Source of the DNA: Octopus bimaculoides
Lineage: Eukaryota
Assembly (NCBI RefSeq): GCF_001194135.2
Contig: NC_068982.1
Span: 182,807 to 246,806 of the forward strand
DNA length: 64,000 nucleotides
Direction: 5' to 3'
This document shows positions 37,455-50,613 of the stretch, in pieces. Position 1 is the stretch's first letter. Each line of letters opens with the position of its first letter. The position numbers and the translations under genes are program-made. The notes below the pieces were generated by a model that worked only from the letters and a program-made list of their open reading frames with translations, was not told where the DNA came from and did no database searches.

Positions 37455-38471
37455 TGTAAGAACGACCGAGCGAACTCATAAAAAGAGAAATGGTGACGAA
37501 TGGAAAAAGAGAACTCCTTTTATTTAATACGAGTCACACGGTCGAACACAAAATAATATATCAATGATGATATATAAAATAATGTTATACTACGATAACA
37601 CAAATAGCCAGTAATGAGGAGATAGAAAAGACAACCATATAAAATGAATAACAGAAATATTTATTGTAGCGTTAAAGATGTATGTGTATGTGAGAGTGTG
37701 AATGCGACATATAAGAACATAATAAAAGACAGGCCGTCGTACAAAGAAAAGAGAGTATGTGAGTGATACATGTATGTGTATGTGAGATATTACAGCAGAT
37801 AGAAAAAGTCAGTAACACGTAAGCATTTATACCAGTTTTGAGTACACGATAGGAAGAGTCTGTATGAGAAAGAAGTTGAGGCTGTGAGTGTGGCAGGGCT
37901 TATCACTAGTTGTGTGTTGGCTTCTATGCCAGGGCCGGAATCTTGAAGACAGACGTTTATCGCAGGCTGTAACTCTTGTCTGTTTATTTATCGTGGTGAA
38001 GCTGAGTCGCCTAACAGAATCGAAGAGAGAGATGTGCCGCGGAGGTTTGGTTTGGTGTACATAGTAAGTCGTGTCGACTATGGTTGGAGATGTTGGTGGC
38101 GAAAAGGCTGCTTGGCAGTAGTCGTAGACTCGTGTTGCTGATGTGGCGACGGCGGTAGGTCGTGGCTGGACGAAGCTGTTGAAGTGGTCGCTGGCTGATT
38201 GCTGCTGTCGTGTGGTACACGGCACAGTCTCTATAGAGAAACTGAACCGAGACGAATTTGCCGCTGAATTAAAGCTATTTTTATAGTTGATGGGAGGCTC
38301 ACCAGACAACAGAAAAATACTCTATCACATGACCTTATTAGGGGCCGTGATTGGTCAGTTTGCGTTCTGGCGGGAACGGTTCGAAGAAGTTGCCGCTTCG
38401 AATAATAATCAGTCACGTGATGACAGGGAATGTGTTTTCCGCTACGGCCGATCTTGAATATATTTATAACA
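37455..38471 (-). mobile_element. Probable solo LTR (about 1.0 kb)
   Basis: - strand begins TGTTA and ends TTACA; CCAAT (38350-38354), TATAAAAA (38278-38285), AATAAA (37519-37524) near the 3' end; CpG-rich; no TSD found. Confidence 0.6.
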
Positions 38472-39091
38472 GCAAGAGGGGAATGGCTTCTTTGTGTATC
38501 ATGGCGATCAAGGTGTTAGTTTCACTACAAACCTAAAAACCACACCTGGCTTTCAACTACTTGTCACACAACCACTAACCCTTAGAATTTCCATTCTACC
38601 ATCTTAAAAATAGATCACTAAACTACATAAAGCAGTCCTCACTACACTGAAGATGAAACTGCCATGGTTCGATTGACACCAGTCAAATAATGGAAATGTG
38701 ACACTGAAAGATGGTCAAAGGAACAAGCGGTCCAGTCATTACTACAGTATCTTCTACCCAGACAAACGCACTGAAATAGCAACGTTACACTGCAGCCGCT
38801 GTACCTGGATGGATATCATAGTTCAGAGGGCGAGTGACTGCCATGCTCTGACCAAGTGTATCTGGCCATCACTAGAATCTATCGATCTACAGAAATGGGG
38901 ATAGAGTCCAGATCCAGGATTCATCACTAAACCTCATACAATAAACTAATGCCTGGTAAATCCCAGAACAGAGGTAGGAGTGCAACACCTAAATGTTCAA
39001 CAAACAACTACCTGAAGATTCCTCAAAACCAACAATACTGCAACTATCTTCAGTGATTAAGCAAGATAAGACCTTTTCCAAACGTACTCAC

Positions 39092-39179
39092 ATTGTCTTT
39101 AGACTTGGACTGGTTCCCAGATGTATTCAAATCTAAATCAACATCGAATCGGTCAGCAAGTTCCTGCAGAGTCATCTTA
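39092..39179 (-). CDS. TDRD1: TDRD1/Vreteno-like exon
   Basis: tttttttag/gtgagt, phase 2-0; KMTLQELADRFDVDLDLNTSGNQSKSKDN. Confidence 0.85.
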
Positions 39180-39667
39180 CTAAAAAAATTTTTAAAAAGA
39201 AATATTTCTTTTATAAATAAAATTCATTGTTCTTGCATAAACTGTAAATTGTTCTGGATATACCAGTACACAGACAAAATATGAAGTTACACATTGTAAT
39301 TTTATTAAAACACAGAATTATTTCCCGTTGATGTTAGAGGGAGCCAAAACAGACACTGAAGTCTGGTGCGGGCTCCTGTCAAACTGTCCAACCCATGCCA
39401 GCATGGAAGGCAGACGTTAAACAATGTTGATGACACATATGTACAAGAGAAGTTTCCAACTCATCCTCCTGTTCCCACTTCTTGTGAACCTTTCAGCCAC
39501 ATTCAGTGATGACCACAAGAATTTTACTAAGGCATCTGTGACAAACAACAGACCTATCAAGCTGGTTGCCTGCTATTCTATGAACTCCACAAAATCTCAG
39601 ATTTGGAGTCTAAAGTTTCAATCATGAGAGTTAGAAATCTGATCACAAATCAAAAGGAATACCATAC

Positions 39668-39767
39668 CTAAAACTATAACATGCCTTTTCATGACCATTC
39701 ATCCAGTCCTTCGTTTGACAGCGAACACTACAATATGGTACTTTGCAGTTGGAACATCTTTTGGTAG
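39668..39767 (-). CDS. TDRD1: TDRD1/Vreteno-like exon: MYND zinc finger core
   Basis: ttgtttttcag/gtatg, phase 1-2; TKRCSNCKVPYCSVRCQTKDWMNGHEKACYSF fits the MYND CxxC..YCSxxCQxxDW..HxxxC pattern. Confidence 0.92.
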
Positions 39768-39923
39768 CTGAAAAACAAGTTGTTTTAAACTTTTTGTTGA
39801 AAATACCAAGTCAGGCTTAGAAAGAATAAAACAAATAAGAAGCTATGACATTCAAGCCTTTCCTTCAATGCAAGTGAATGGTGTTATAGTGTTGGTTTTG
39901 GCAGACGCCTTTCTTAAACATAC

Positions 39924-39975
39924 CTTCAATGACAAGTGGCTCCCACCCTGTGCAGTTTGCACACCCAACACAACC
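39924..39975 (-). CDS. TDRD1: TDRD1/Vreteno-like exon: first CxxC of MYND finger
   Basis: gtatg donor, phase 0-1; GCVGCANCTGWEPLVIE supplies the first Cys pair missing from the next exon; weak acceptor. Confidence 0.7.
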
Positions 39976-42384
39976 CTATCACATGAAGTTACACAAATAG
40001 CCCATCAACCTATGGAGTTCTTTGAGAGTCTGCTGTGGAGCAGTAAAATTTTATTGCAGGTTTGTATCCAATATCATCGGATTAAAGGCCTTTATTTCAA
40101 CTAGTGACCCATTGTGGGCCACAGACCTTCACATAAAAGTTGTGGTTGTTAAGAAATAATCTCACATTTCGAGTTGTTTTCTTTACACTAATACCAGAGT
40201 CATTTTGACAAGAAGAAATAAATTGGAGATGAAATTCAACGAGACATTTTCAATCAGTTGTCTCCATATTGAGATGCAGACCATTCCAATTGTATTTGCT
40301 CTCAGTCACTGATAACTCAGTTGAAATATTTACATGTTCTTTGTTGCTAGACAGATATTGAATCTTCACAGAGACTTGCTCTAAGATGTGCATGTTATAT
40401 CATCAGGGAAAGTAATCAACATGCTTGGCACACGCAGACACAGAAACACTAATGGCATGCAGACATGCTCTGGCACATGTCTACACATGGTTAATTATTG
40501 TCAGTGTGCAAGTACATGTGCCAAAATTATTCATATGTGTGCATGTCCCAGTAGCATCATTGGAATCTCTCACTCTCTACTGCACACACACTTTTACCAC
40601 CTCTTTCCAGAGCGTGACAGATTTTGTCAAACCACAAAAGTCTATCATTAGCAGTTTCATATCATAAATGCTGCTGTTGTGCTCTAGCCCCTCGCCTGGC
40701 ACACGGCCACTTCCTTTGTTTCCACTCCCTCTCCTGGATAGGAGGTCTTTGTTTTGCAACCAACTTGGTGACCCTGTTGATGTGACTAAAAGACACTCAG
40801 TATACTTTGTAAGTAGTTGGCATTAGGAAGGGCCTCCAGTCACAGAAACCATGCCAGAGAAAACACTTGGAGCCTGGTGCAGCTCTCCAGCTCCTGAAAA
40901 ACCGTCCAACCCATGCCAGCATGGAAAACGGACATTAAATGATGATATTAAATTTAATCTTACCTTGACTCCCACAATTTACACACTTGTTCTTCAACTG
41001 CAATATTCCAGAACGATCTACAATTATAAAAGAAAGAATACATTGATCATGAAAAGCCAAAGAACAACTCAAAGGCATTTGACATCCATTAGCTGAGATT
41101 AGTTGAAAGAAAAGTTGCGGAATTTTTCTCCCAGACACATATTCAGGAGTAATGAGGAGCAAAGTCAGAAGTGAGGGTGAAGGGCAACCAAGCACAGGAG
41201 TTCACTGAAATTTTAGTACAGCTGTTGGGTTTTAATCCTGGACATGAGTTTACCTGACTGACAAACTGGTTCCACTCCCTAAATAGAAGCAACAACACCC
41301 AGCTATAAATATCAACCGATATAAAACTGTTTCAACAAAACTCATTCCAATTTTACTAAGGAAGAAAAGTGAATATAAAAACCAGAAATTTGCAAACTGT
41401 CTTTCCTCGTGCAGTGAATGGAAGAGAATATTGTTTGTCCCAGTCACTCCTAGTGAAGGCAAGTAGCATAGCGGTTAGGTGCATTCAGCTCACAATCGTG
41501 AGGCCACACATTGTGACCTTGAGCAGATGATGATGATGATGATGATGATGCTGCTCCAGTCCACTCACCAGGCAAAAATGAGTCATACTTGTATTTCAAA
41601 GAGCCAGTCTTATTACAGTCTGTATCATGCTGAATCTGAGAACTATGTTAAGGGTACACGTGTGTGGAGTCTTCAAATCACAAGCAGGCTGTTTTTCTTA
41701 ATCGGATCGACTGCAACCAACAGAGAGCCAGTTATAGTCACTCCTGCTCTAACAAAGCCTATCAGCAAAAGCTGTCCAACCACGAACACCCACTAAACCC
41801 TTTATATTTACTGTCTACATTCTTTATTGTGTTGTTCTTTTTTCCAAGACAGTGGAATATAATTTGAGGTAGATTTTGATGCTATTTCTTGAAGGTCAAA
41901 TTACCATAGAGACACTACCCGTTTGGCTGAACAAACCACCATTTAACCAGTTTCAAAATGGCTACTCAGTGAAGAAGTGTGTATCTGCCTAAAACAATTA
42001 TATTTTTTCTCTTTCTATGGTCCAATAATACAATTCAGTGAAGGTAGGCCTGCAAACTGAAGAATTAGAGAAGAATTATCTCAACACCTGCTTCTCTCCA
42101 CATCTATCAATGTCACATTATCAACACTTCAACTATTCCAGGTTTTTTTAAACACATTCACACAATCAGTTGCGCACTCACACATTAGTGGTAGTGATAG
42201 ACTCATTAGGAGTCATTTATAAAAAGAGACCTAAAAATGTTTCAGTCTAGCAAGTGCCACATCATAAATGGTAAAATCCAAGCAGTCTTGGACTGGTTCA
42301 ATATTGTGGAGTTATTTCCAGTAAATGTTTGAGACTGACAACATGCAAATTCCACACAACAAATGTCAAGAAGACAATTAGGTA

Positions 42385-42715
42385 CAGACATGGCTGTGTG
42401 GTAAGAAGCTTGTTTCTCAACCACAAGGTTCTCAGTTCAGTGCCACTGCATGGCATTTTGGGCAGGTGTCAGCCTTGGGCCAACCAAAGCCCTGTGAGTA
42501 GATTTGGTAGATGAAAACTGAAAGAAGCCCATCATGTATGCGTGTTTGTGCTTTGTGTCTATCCCCCAAAACCACCACCACTTGACAAGAATTGATGCAT
42601 TTACGTCTGTGTAACTTAGCAGTTCAATACAAGAGACTAATAGAATAAGTACCAAGCTGGGGTTGATTCATTCAACTAAAACTTCAAGATGGTGCCCCAT
42701 CATGGCCACACTCTA
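42385..42715 (+). mobile_element. tRNA-derived SINE of a second family (related copies at about 57335, 59400, 59815, 60270)
   Basis: catggctgtgtggtaagaagcttg..ggttctcagttcagtgcc head and gccttgggccaaccaaagcc..gtagatgaaaactgaaagaagccc body recur. Confidence 0.75.
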
Positions 42716-42842
42716 ATGACAAACAAGTTAAAGATAAGACCAATCACCCAATAATTGTTTAAGACCTTATTCTTGAGCTATGATTCAACAAATATTAGGC
42801 AAAAAATTTTTTTAATTAAGTGCAAAATAGAATTATCTGAAC

Positions 42843-43067
42843 CTTGAGAATTATTCAAAGACTTGGCAGGAGATTTGGAAAATTTTTTCTTTGGTGAAGA
42901 TTTGGGTTTTGTAGATTCTTCATCTGAATCCCTATATTTCCACGTATCATTAGAAACTTCTAAATTTCCATAGTTTTTGACATTCTTTTCCCGTTGCTGA
43001 AAGTGAGTCTTTTGTGGGTTTTTTGAAGAGTTATTTCTTGAAAAACACTGCTTTTCATGAGGAGAAT
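42843..43067 (-). CDS. TDRD1: TDRD1/Vreteno-like exon (disordered Ser/Lys-rich linker)
   Basis: tttttttccag acceptor; 74 open codons DSPHEKQCFSRNN...STKPKSSPKKKFSKSPAKSLNNSQ; phase 1-1; donor gttcag. Confidence 0.75.
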
Positions 43068-43460
43068 CTGGAAAAAAATGTTTGATTTATTGATAGATGA
43101 CAAACAAGTGATACATTTGGCTTCTTAGAGTTCACTTAAATGTGCTTTTTGCATAAAATTTCCCCCATGGTACTCTCAGACCACTTTTCAAGACAGGTAG
43201 GTAGAACTAACTCATTGCAATTCAATGAAATCTAACAAAAAAAAAACTGACTAATCTATCTCCTCTATTCAAATGAGTAGAAATGGATGTGGAATTGAGT
43301 AAATCAAGGGATGGTCCTTGCCAGAAATAATTACTGCATAAAAGAAGTGATTAAGTTGAATAGATGGAAAGAATGGCTTCAGGTTTTTGCTCTTCAGCTG
43401 AGGGAAGAGGAATTTGGCACTGGTTTGGTGGGAAATAAAAAAAACTAAAGCTACTACTCC

Positions 43461-43500
<40 letters not shown>
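43461..43500. repeat. (TAA)n microsatellite
   Basis: About 13 perfect TAA units; it is the tail of the adjacent - strand SINE. Confidence 0.95.
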
Positions 43501-43739
43501 CCTTTCTACTAAAGGCATAAGGCCTGAAATTTTTGGAGGGGAGGGGTTGGCTGATTACATAAACCCCCACTGAACTGGTACTTATTTAATTGAACCCGAA
43601 AGGATGAAAGGCAAAGTTGATCTCAGCAGAATTTGAACTTACAACGTAAAGATGGACAAAATGCCACTAAGCATTTTGCCTGGCATACTGCTAATGAGTC
43701 TTCCAGCTTATTAATAAGGGTTTCTAAATGAGACAATGT

Positions 43740-44900
43740 CCACCACATGGCCATCACACTTTCCTATCTCAAACTTGCCGACAGAGGCTCCGCCACTTTT
43801 CCTCCTCTTCCAAATAATGATGGTTTTGTAAGCAGTAACCCTCACAGAGACAACCTCCCTCTTTTTGGTGCTTACTTTGCCTCTACCATTACACCCTTAC
43901 TCAGTCCCCTCCAAACCTATACCATTCTACTCGTACACCAAGTGTGCAAATACTGCTAGATGCTTCAAACAAACATCACTAGCCCAGACAATGTCCCTTC
44001 TGCTGTACATCAGAATTTGCTTCTGCACCTACCAAACTCTTTAAGTCTCTCACTCTCTACAGAAATACACCCTGACATTCCAAAGAAACGTAACTCCACA
44101 GAGCCAGGCAATTATTGTCCTACTGCTTTCTCCTCAAACCCCTCTCAGGTGATAGAGACAGCCATTAGCAATGATCATCTCCAGTGCCTTAAATCTGTCC
44201 CCTCCATCAGTGACCACCACTACTACAGTTTCCAAGTAACTTGATCCCCTGAAGGTCTACTCTGAAACGTCATTCACCAATAGGCCCTCACTTTAGTAAG
44301 TTCAGTGAAAGCAATGTTGTTGTCATAGACATCAGCAAAGCGTTCTTCACCTGTGTCCAGAAGAAAATCTACAAAACATCCTACCTATAGGCTCCAGTCA
44401 TCCCTTGAATCCGAAGCTTCCATCGCAACATGTGTCAACTGAGCTCTCTCTCTGTCTTCCTTTCATTCAGCTCCAAAGTCCCCCAGGATTGAGCTTTGTC
44501 CTCCATCCACTTACTTCTATATATTGATGACCAACCTGTTGCCAATGCATATGTTGACAGAAGAATTCTTTGTTCCTCCCTAACCTTCTACAACCAGACT
44601 CCACAACACACAGCCCAAACTACACACACTAGACCTGCTTCAATTCTATACATGGAGACCTTCAGAGCATTGTTTCTTTAAACAGCAAAAAACTCTTGAG
44701 GATTACTCGGCTCAATAGGCCCTCACCACCACTCCATCCCAAACACAAATGACGCCTAGTCAGAGTCTCCACACTCACGGCAAACGTTGGACTCTTACCA
44801 TCTACAAGGACTTTGATGAGAGCAGTCTCAGGCAAGATGGTGTCAAAAGGCTGGAAATACACACAGGCTGTATGCTCTCTGTGCTATCCTTTTACCTTGG
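43740..44900 (+). mobile_element. CR1/Jockey-group LINE reverse transcriptase relic
   Basis: IPKKRNSTEPGNYCPTAFSS..VIETAI, VVVIDISKAF, VPQD*ALSSIHLLLYIDD, AYVD correspond to decayed RT motifs. Confidence 0.75.
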
Positions 44901-45706
44901 TTATCATGCCAGAACTGGTGTCTTATGAATACCGAATCTTTCACCAAAACCTGAACAACACATTTAAAATACCAATTACTGACATTCAAGTCCACTCACC
45001 CTTAGACAGATCAGGCATGCATGTACACATACTCACATGCACGCACCAAGATAGTGTAAAGAAAGGGTGAATCGTGGTAAGATTTCAACCAGTCAAAAAT
45101 AAATAATGGGGCATTTAAAGTAAACCAGTTTTACACACACATACACACTCTTCATTTACTCTCACCCTTCTCTTGTAAGCAACCATACATCTACATACAC
45201 ATGCATGAGATTAATCATTCTCAGACAGACTCAAGCCAGACTTTGAAGAGGTTGAGAATAGCCATGGAAGGACTTTGAGAAACAGACAACCAACTCATTG
45301 TTTAACCAACACATTCAACAAATGATTGATTAGTTAGCTGGTTAGATATTTAACTGACTGACTAACAGTAATTTTGAAACAGTGCATGTTTATTATTATT
45401 ATTATTATTGGCATAATGACCCTCCCAACACAAGATTTATTTGAACACACTAATCCACAGAAAGAATCTTCCTTGTAACTTCCTTATTCTTTCTTTCTTT
45501 CTTTATGATCTGGTACAAGACTGTTTGCAATGAGGTGGAACATAGCCAATAAAACTGACACCAGTATATTACTGCTAGACATTTATCACCTCACTAATTC
45601 AATGATGGTGAATAAGTATAGGGTGTAAATAATTTGCCTAATGTTCTCTCCCTCTCCTCCACTCAAGCGGCAAGTTGTGGTCTGATGCCTGAATACCTCC
45701 AGCTTC

Positions 45707-45745
<39 letters not shown>

Positions 45746-46027
45746 CCCAGCTCAAAGAACTGAGATCACACAGCAGAAAGTGGTCAGTCTATGAACTTGT
45801 CTTATGCCAAAGTATAACTCAATATCACAACCCCAAACAAATATTTGGAGTTTTAGAAAAATGAAACAAGTGTACACACATGCTGAGGGTATTGAATGCT
45901 GTGCATATTTATCACTGGGTTTTTCACTCCTGGAATAACAAGGCCTGGAATAACAAAATCAAAAAGAAAAATCAAAATCAAAATAAATTAACCAGAAATA
46001 TTTTAGAGAACAATTATAACAGATAAC

Positions 46028-46092
46028 CTTCCTTTTGAACAAGATCAAATGTTCCATCACAATAAATCCATTTTTCCAGACAGTTGCTAATT
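46028..46092 (-). CDS. TDRD1: Candidate TDRD1/Vreteno-like exon
   Basis: Phase 2-1 bridges the neighbouring exons; ISNCLEKWIYCDGTFDLVQKE; the donor (gttatc) is weak and an in-frame alternative acceptor would start at 46086. Confidence 0.45.
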
Positions 46093-46749
46093 CTTGCAAA
46101 GTATTCAGAAAGGAAAACAAAACTTTTAACCAAAATAAACTCAGATTTCCATATAGAAAACAAAAATATTAAAACTGTTGCAATAACCAGAATTATTGAA
46201 GCCACCCCATTGTTTTCATCTTTTGAGATGGTTAACATCTTTGCTATGCAATATCTCGTAAGAATTTTATAAATTTTCAAAAGAATGGGCAGCCTTCAAC
46301 TTTTTCTATCCAAAAGAGTCTTTCAATCCAATATTTATATGTTATTATTTATAACTTTGTGATGTGCCTCAAGACCCAATGTTCCAAAAAAAAATTATCT
46401 TACTGATATTGCAATCGAAAGAGGTAAAACTAACATCTTTTTACTTTCCATGAAATAACTATATAGTCAATGTTCTGAACAGATGAAACAGAAAATCACA
46501 AAAGATTTTCAAGATCGTTTCTTACAATGAAAGTATACCAATCTAATAAATTTCAGTTTCATACTCAGAATTTTTAACTCAGAATATGCAAAAACAATAA
46601 ATACAAAAGAACATTTTGTCCCAAACTTCACTTTGTAAACTCTGGTACTTTCCAGTGATTAAAAGTAACAAAAGTAACAAAATTTTTTTAAAAAGTAAAC
46701 TCAGAGACATCATGGCTGATATCCTCTCAGATAAATAAAACCTGCTTAC

Positions 46750-46775
46750 CTTGTTTCTGAATCTGAGTAGTTGTC
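46750..46775 (-). CDS. TDRD1: TDRD1/Vreteno-like micro-exon (26 nt)
   Basis: Strong tttctttctttccag acceptor and gtaagc donor; DNYSDSET continues the acidic/Ser linker; phase 0-2. Confidence 0.65.
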
Positions 46776-48020
46776 CTGGAAAGAAAGAAATTCAAATTGT
46801 TAGAAGCTCATGAGAACTGCTGATTTTGAAGCTCAGTGCAACAATTAATACTAACATGTATGATGTTATGCAAGATTAGTCCTGTTTGAGCAAACCAATG
46901 ATCTAGAAACTCTAGCTGTTACCAGCCTTCTCCACAAACTAGATCTGATGCATCACTTCTTACAAACAAACCACAAGTTTTGCAACTTTAACAAGCCCGT
47001 ATCCACTGGTCCAAGATACAAACACTTAAATTCACTCCAAAAGAAGATGGTAGCAATCGACTCGTTTCAGTTACTCAGCTTCAAAGTCTCTCGCTCTCTC
47101 TCTCCAATTCCCCCACATCTGGCCCCTCTATCACTCTCTCAATTCGTCAAACCACCAATGGAGGAGGGTGTATAAGTCTTTGACTAGATACCCTCCTCCA
47201 TTGAGAACACATCTCATTTCGCCGTTCTTCAAAGCCATCACCCTCAATGACTCTCTCCCATTCATCCTGCAATGATGGTGGCTGCTGAGAAGAGAAGCCA
47301 ACTTCTTTACTATTATTCATTCTTCACTTCATCTTATTCCATCCTAGCACACAGCCACTATTGCTCTCCCATCTCAAAACCTTGTCTCTCTACCAAACCC
47401 TGTCTGATGCACTTATTGCACCATCCTACTACCGCCTTGTTGCAAATGCCCAACACAGTGCACCATCCTCATTCCCTGATCCTATGGAGCTGATTGAAGC
47501 TCCATAGCCATAATGTCATTCTGCAAAAGCCCCCAACTCCTCTCTTCCCAGGGAGCACCAATGCAGCTTACTAAGTTTACTTTTTTAAATCTAATGGAGC
47601 TGATTGAAGCTCCAGTAGATTTGTTCCAGTTATCCCTGGCAGCAGACAAGCCTCACTCCTAATTCATCAGAAACAGCTAGTCAGGTGACTGAAGCCATTC
47701 ATTAGACGTATCTTCAACAAAACCTAAATGTTCCAAGCCCCATAATGTTGTCCACTCAGAGCTGTGCAAGTAAAAACAAGGCCAACAATACCTAGAAAAT
47801 CTTCCCCACTTCTGTGAGGGGCATTTACCGAGCAGTGCAACTGCAAAAAATGCCTTTATGTATCACATGGCCCTCCACTTCAAATCAACATGATCACAAG
47901 CCACGGCAATGTGCCTTCCACTACACTCAATGTGCCTCAGAACTTGTTCCTCACTAAACTGTTCAGTCTTTCACTTTCCAGGAACATCCTGGTATTTTGA
48001 AGTACATTACAATGTTTCTC

Positions 48021-48059
<39 letters not shown>

Positions 48060-49012
48060 AACAGTTAACTTCTCTGACCCAACCAACTAGCATTCTACTG
48101 CATTCACCCTCAAATATCCAAAGCCAATGGAGACAAGACAGCCATAATGTCATTCTGCAAAAGCCCCCAATGCCTCTCTTCCCAGGGAGCACCAGTGCAG
48201 CTGGCAAGAACTGGGGAAATTTGGTTGGTTTTTCTGACCTTTGCCCTCTCTGATTTGAGCCCCTTGCGCAGTGTATCAGAGAAACTGTTAGAAGTAGTAG
48301 TCAACTGCATGGTGCCAAGGAATCAAGTGCTACCATCCTAGACATGATGATAGGCAGGGATCACCTATTCCTGGTGTACAGTCATTGCTATGGTTTGTTT
48401 CAGCTGCCTTTTGCACACCCTGTACAAACACGTGTGTGTGTGTGTGTGTGTGTGTGTGCTTTCTATCTTTCAAATTTTACTCATAATACACTGGCCAACC
48501 CAAGGCTACAGCAGAAGGCATTTGCCCAAAGTCCCACACAATGGAGTCAGACACCAAAATCAGTTGTAAGTAAATGACACAAGCTATGCCACTGATGAAG
48601 TAGCATCTTATCCAACAGGAAAATGTATCCAAGGCACAGCCAAGGATACCTAGCTGAAAACAACACTGTGGCTGGTATAATTCCCCAACAGAGGCGAGGC
48701 AGTGGAAGCACAACTGAATTGTCCGGTAGTTTCCTGGCTTGCAGTGTGGAGTTAAAGTCTTATGCAAAAAAAGGAAAAAAAAGGAAAAAGAACCCCTGCT
48801 TTTGAAAGATCTCCTCTGGTTGCCTAACAAATTGAAGCACCAAGGATGCTTCCAATTCATATGAAGAATTTAACAGTTGGGAGTCATTTCACATCACTAA
48901 TCTCAGAACTAAGAAAGAATCAGAACCAGCTTGTCTGGAATGTGCAACTTGTAAAGAAGAAACAGAGAAACTATGGTAACAAACTTGGAACTCAATAAGA
49001 AGATTCCATCAA

Positions 49013-49250
49013 CCCTTTCGATACCAACCCACCTGAAGCCAGCCATAATGACCTATTCATATTTAAATGAGAATTTCAGCACAAATCTCATTAGTTCATT
49101 CGTAAAAACACACAAACAACTGAGTTACTCTGTCTGACATCATTTTACATCTGAGTGAATTTTGGAGATTATTTTTTTCCCATTTCGATTTTTTGAAATG
49201 TTTTACTATGAATGAAAACTGGATACCAGTTCCATATTGTCAAGCAAACA
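49013..49250 (+). mobile_element. piggyBac-type 5' terminus (non-autonomous)
   Basis: TCAA-CCCTTTCGATACC and a shared subterminal block ttcatatttaaatgagaat..caaatctc.ttagt.cattcgt with the 19539 element. Confidence 0.65.
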
Positions 49251-49326
49251 TAAAACCTACATATGTGGGGATTTTTTTTTCTTCCAAAAGTGAAGCAATT
49301 CTAATNNNNNNNNNNNNNNNNNNNNN

Positions 49327-49870
49327 AGTAAGAATTTAAAAACTCTTTTTGTTAGTTACTTTTAGGGAGATATTAGACAGTCACAGTCTTTGCAAGAAAA
49401 CAAAATCTTTAGATTATGTTGTTTTTTTTACTATTTCCCTGGAATCGATTACTGCAGAAATAAATTGTTCTGCAGAACATAAACAAAGAGGAAGAAAACA
49501 ATATTTTGAGGCTTCCCCACACGCTTGGAAGAAAGAAATCTGAAAACTTTTAGGAACATTGTGTGTGAATATATATAAGTTTGTATGAATTGGATATTTC
49601 TTTTTCCAAAAGAAACAATTCTGATAGCTGGAAAAAGAAAAGAATTTGTACCTGAATATAGTAAGAATTTAAAAGTTCTTTTTGTTAGTTATTTTTAGAA
49701 AGATCTTAGACCTAGTCGCTGCAAGGAAACAGAACCACGAGATTTTTATTTCTACTTTTTCCTCCGAATTGAAGAAACAAATATAAATAAAGAGGGGGTG
49801 GGAATATTTGGAGGTTTTCTGCATACTCTAATCTGAGAATTTTTAGGAATATTGTGTGAATATATATTTT
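49327..49870. repeat. Degenerate tandem duplication, unit about 333 bp, next to an assembly gap
   Basis: agtaagaatttaaaa..ctttttgttagtta at 49327 and 49660, with matching downstream blocks. Confidence 0.7.
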
Positions 49871-50547
49871 TTTTCTGACTTTACCTCATTATTTACCTGT
49901 AATTTTAATTTACCTATATGATGCATGACAAAATTTGATTAATTTGCATTGTGAATCATTATATGTGTGTGTATGTATTTATGTATATATATGAGCTTAT
50001 TTCTCAAAAACAGATCCCAATATTTTGTCGTTTTTACCTTTATGGTACACCTATTTCATTCTGTTTTACCTTTATGGTGCACCTGTGCATAAGTTTAAAT
50101 GTTAAATTCAGTAATTTGCACAATTCCTCTCTATTAAAATTTTGTTGTATACTTATTGAATATTAGTTAATAACTCATTTTCTATGCTGATGTTTAAACA
50201 AAATTTTAATAATTTTATATTTTGTTGGATTTTCCTGCATCTGCTTGTAATTAGATTCACTTTGAGACAAAAATCATGAAACAGATTTGGTTAAGAACCC
50301 TTTGTTAAATTGTGTTCCAAAAACCACATTAATATATTGATAAATAAAAGAGTTGTTTTATTAAACCAGTCTAAATTCACGATTATTTTAGAATTTAATT
50401 GAAACACGAGGGGTGTATTTCGGTAAGAAACGTAAAAATGAAAGCGTCAAAGGTTCACTAAAATGTAAAATATTGCCTACCACCCACCCAGACACAAGAC
50501 ATTTCCTTGCATAGTTTCTAACAAATATAAATGATAAACCGTCTTAC

Positions 50548-50613
50548 CTCAGAATCACTTTCATTGGAAGATTCAATCCTAGAGTGAATGTTATTGAAGA
50601 ATGCAGATTCTTG
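50548..50613 (-). CDS. TDRD1: TDRD1/Vreteno-like exon (linker)
   Basis: tcttcttttcag/gtaaga, 66 nt, phase 0-0; QESAFFNNIHSRIESSNESDSE. Confidence 0.75.

Noticed and set aside
40245-40381. Open stretch EQVSVKIQYLSS...METTD as a TDRD1-like exon
   Set aside because: Ends at an in-frame TGA with no donor before it; would truncate before the MYND finger
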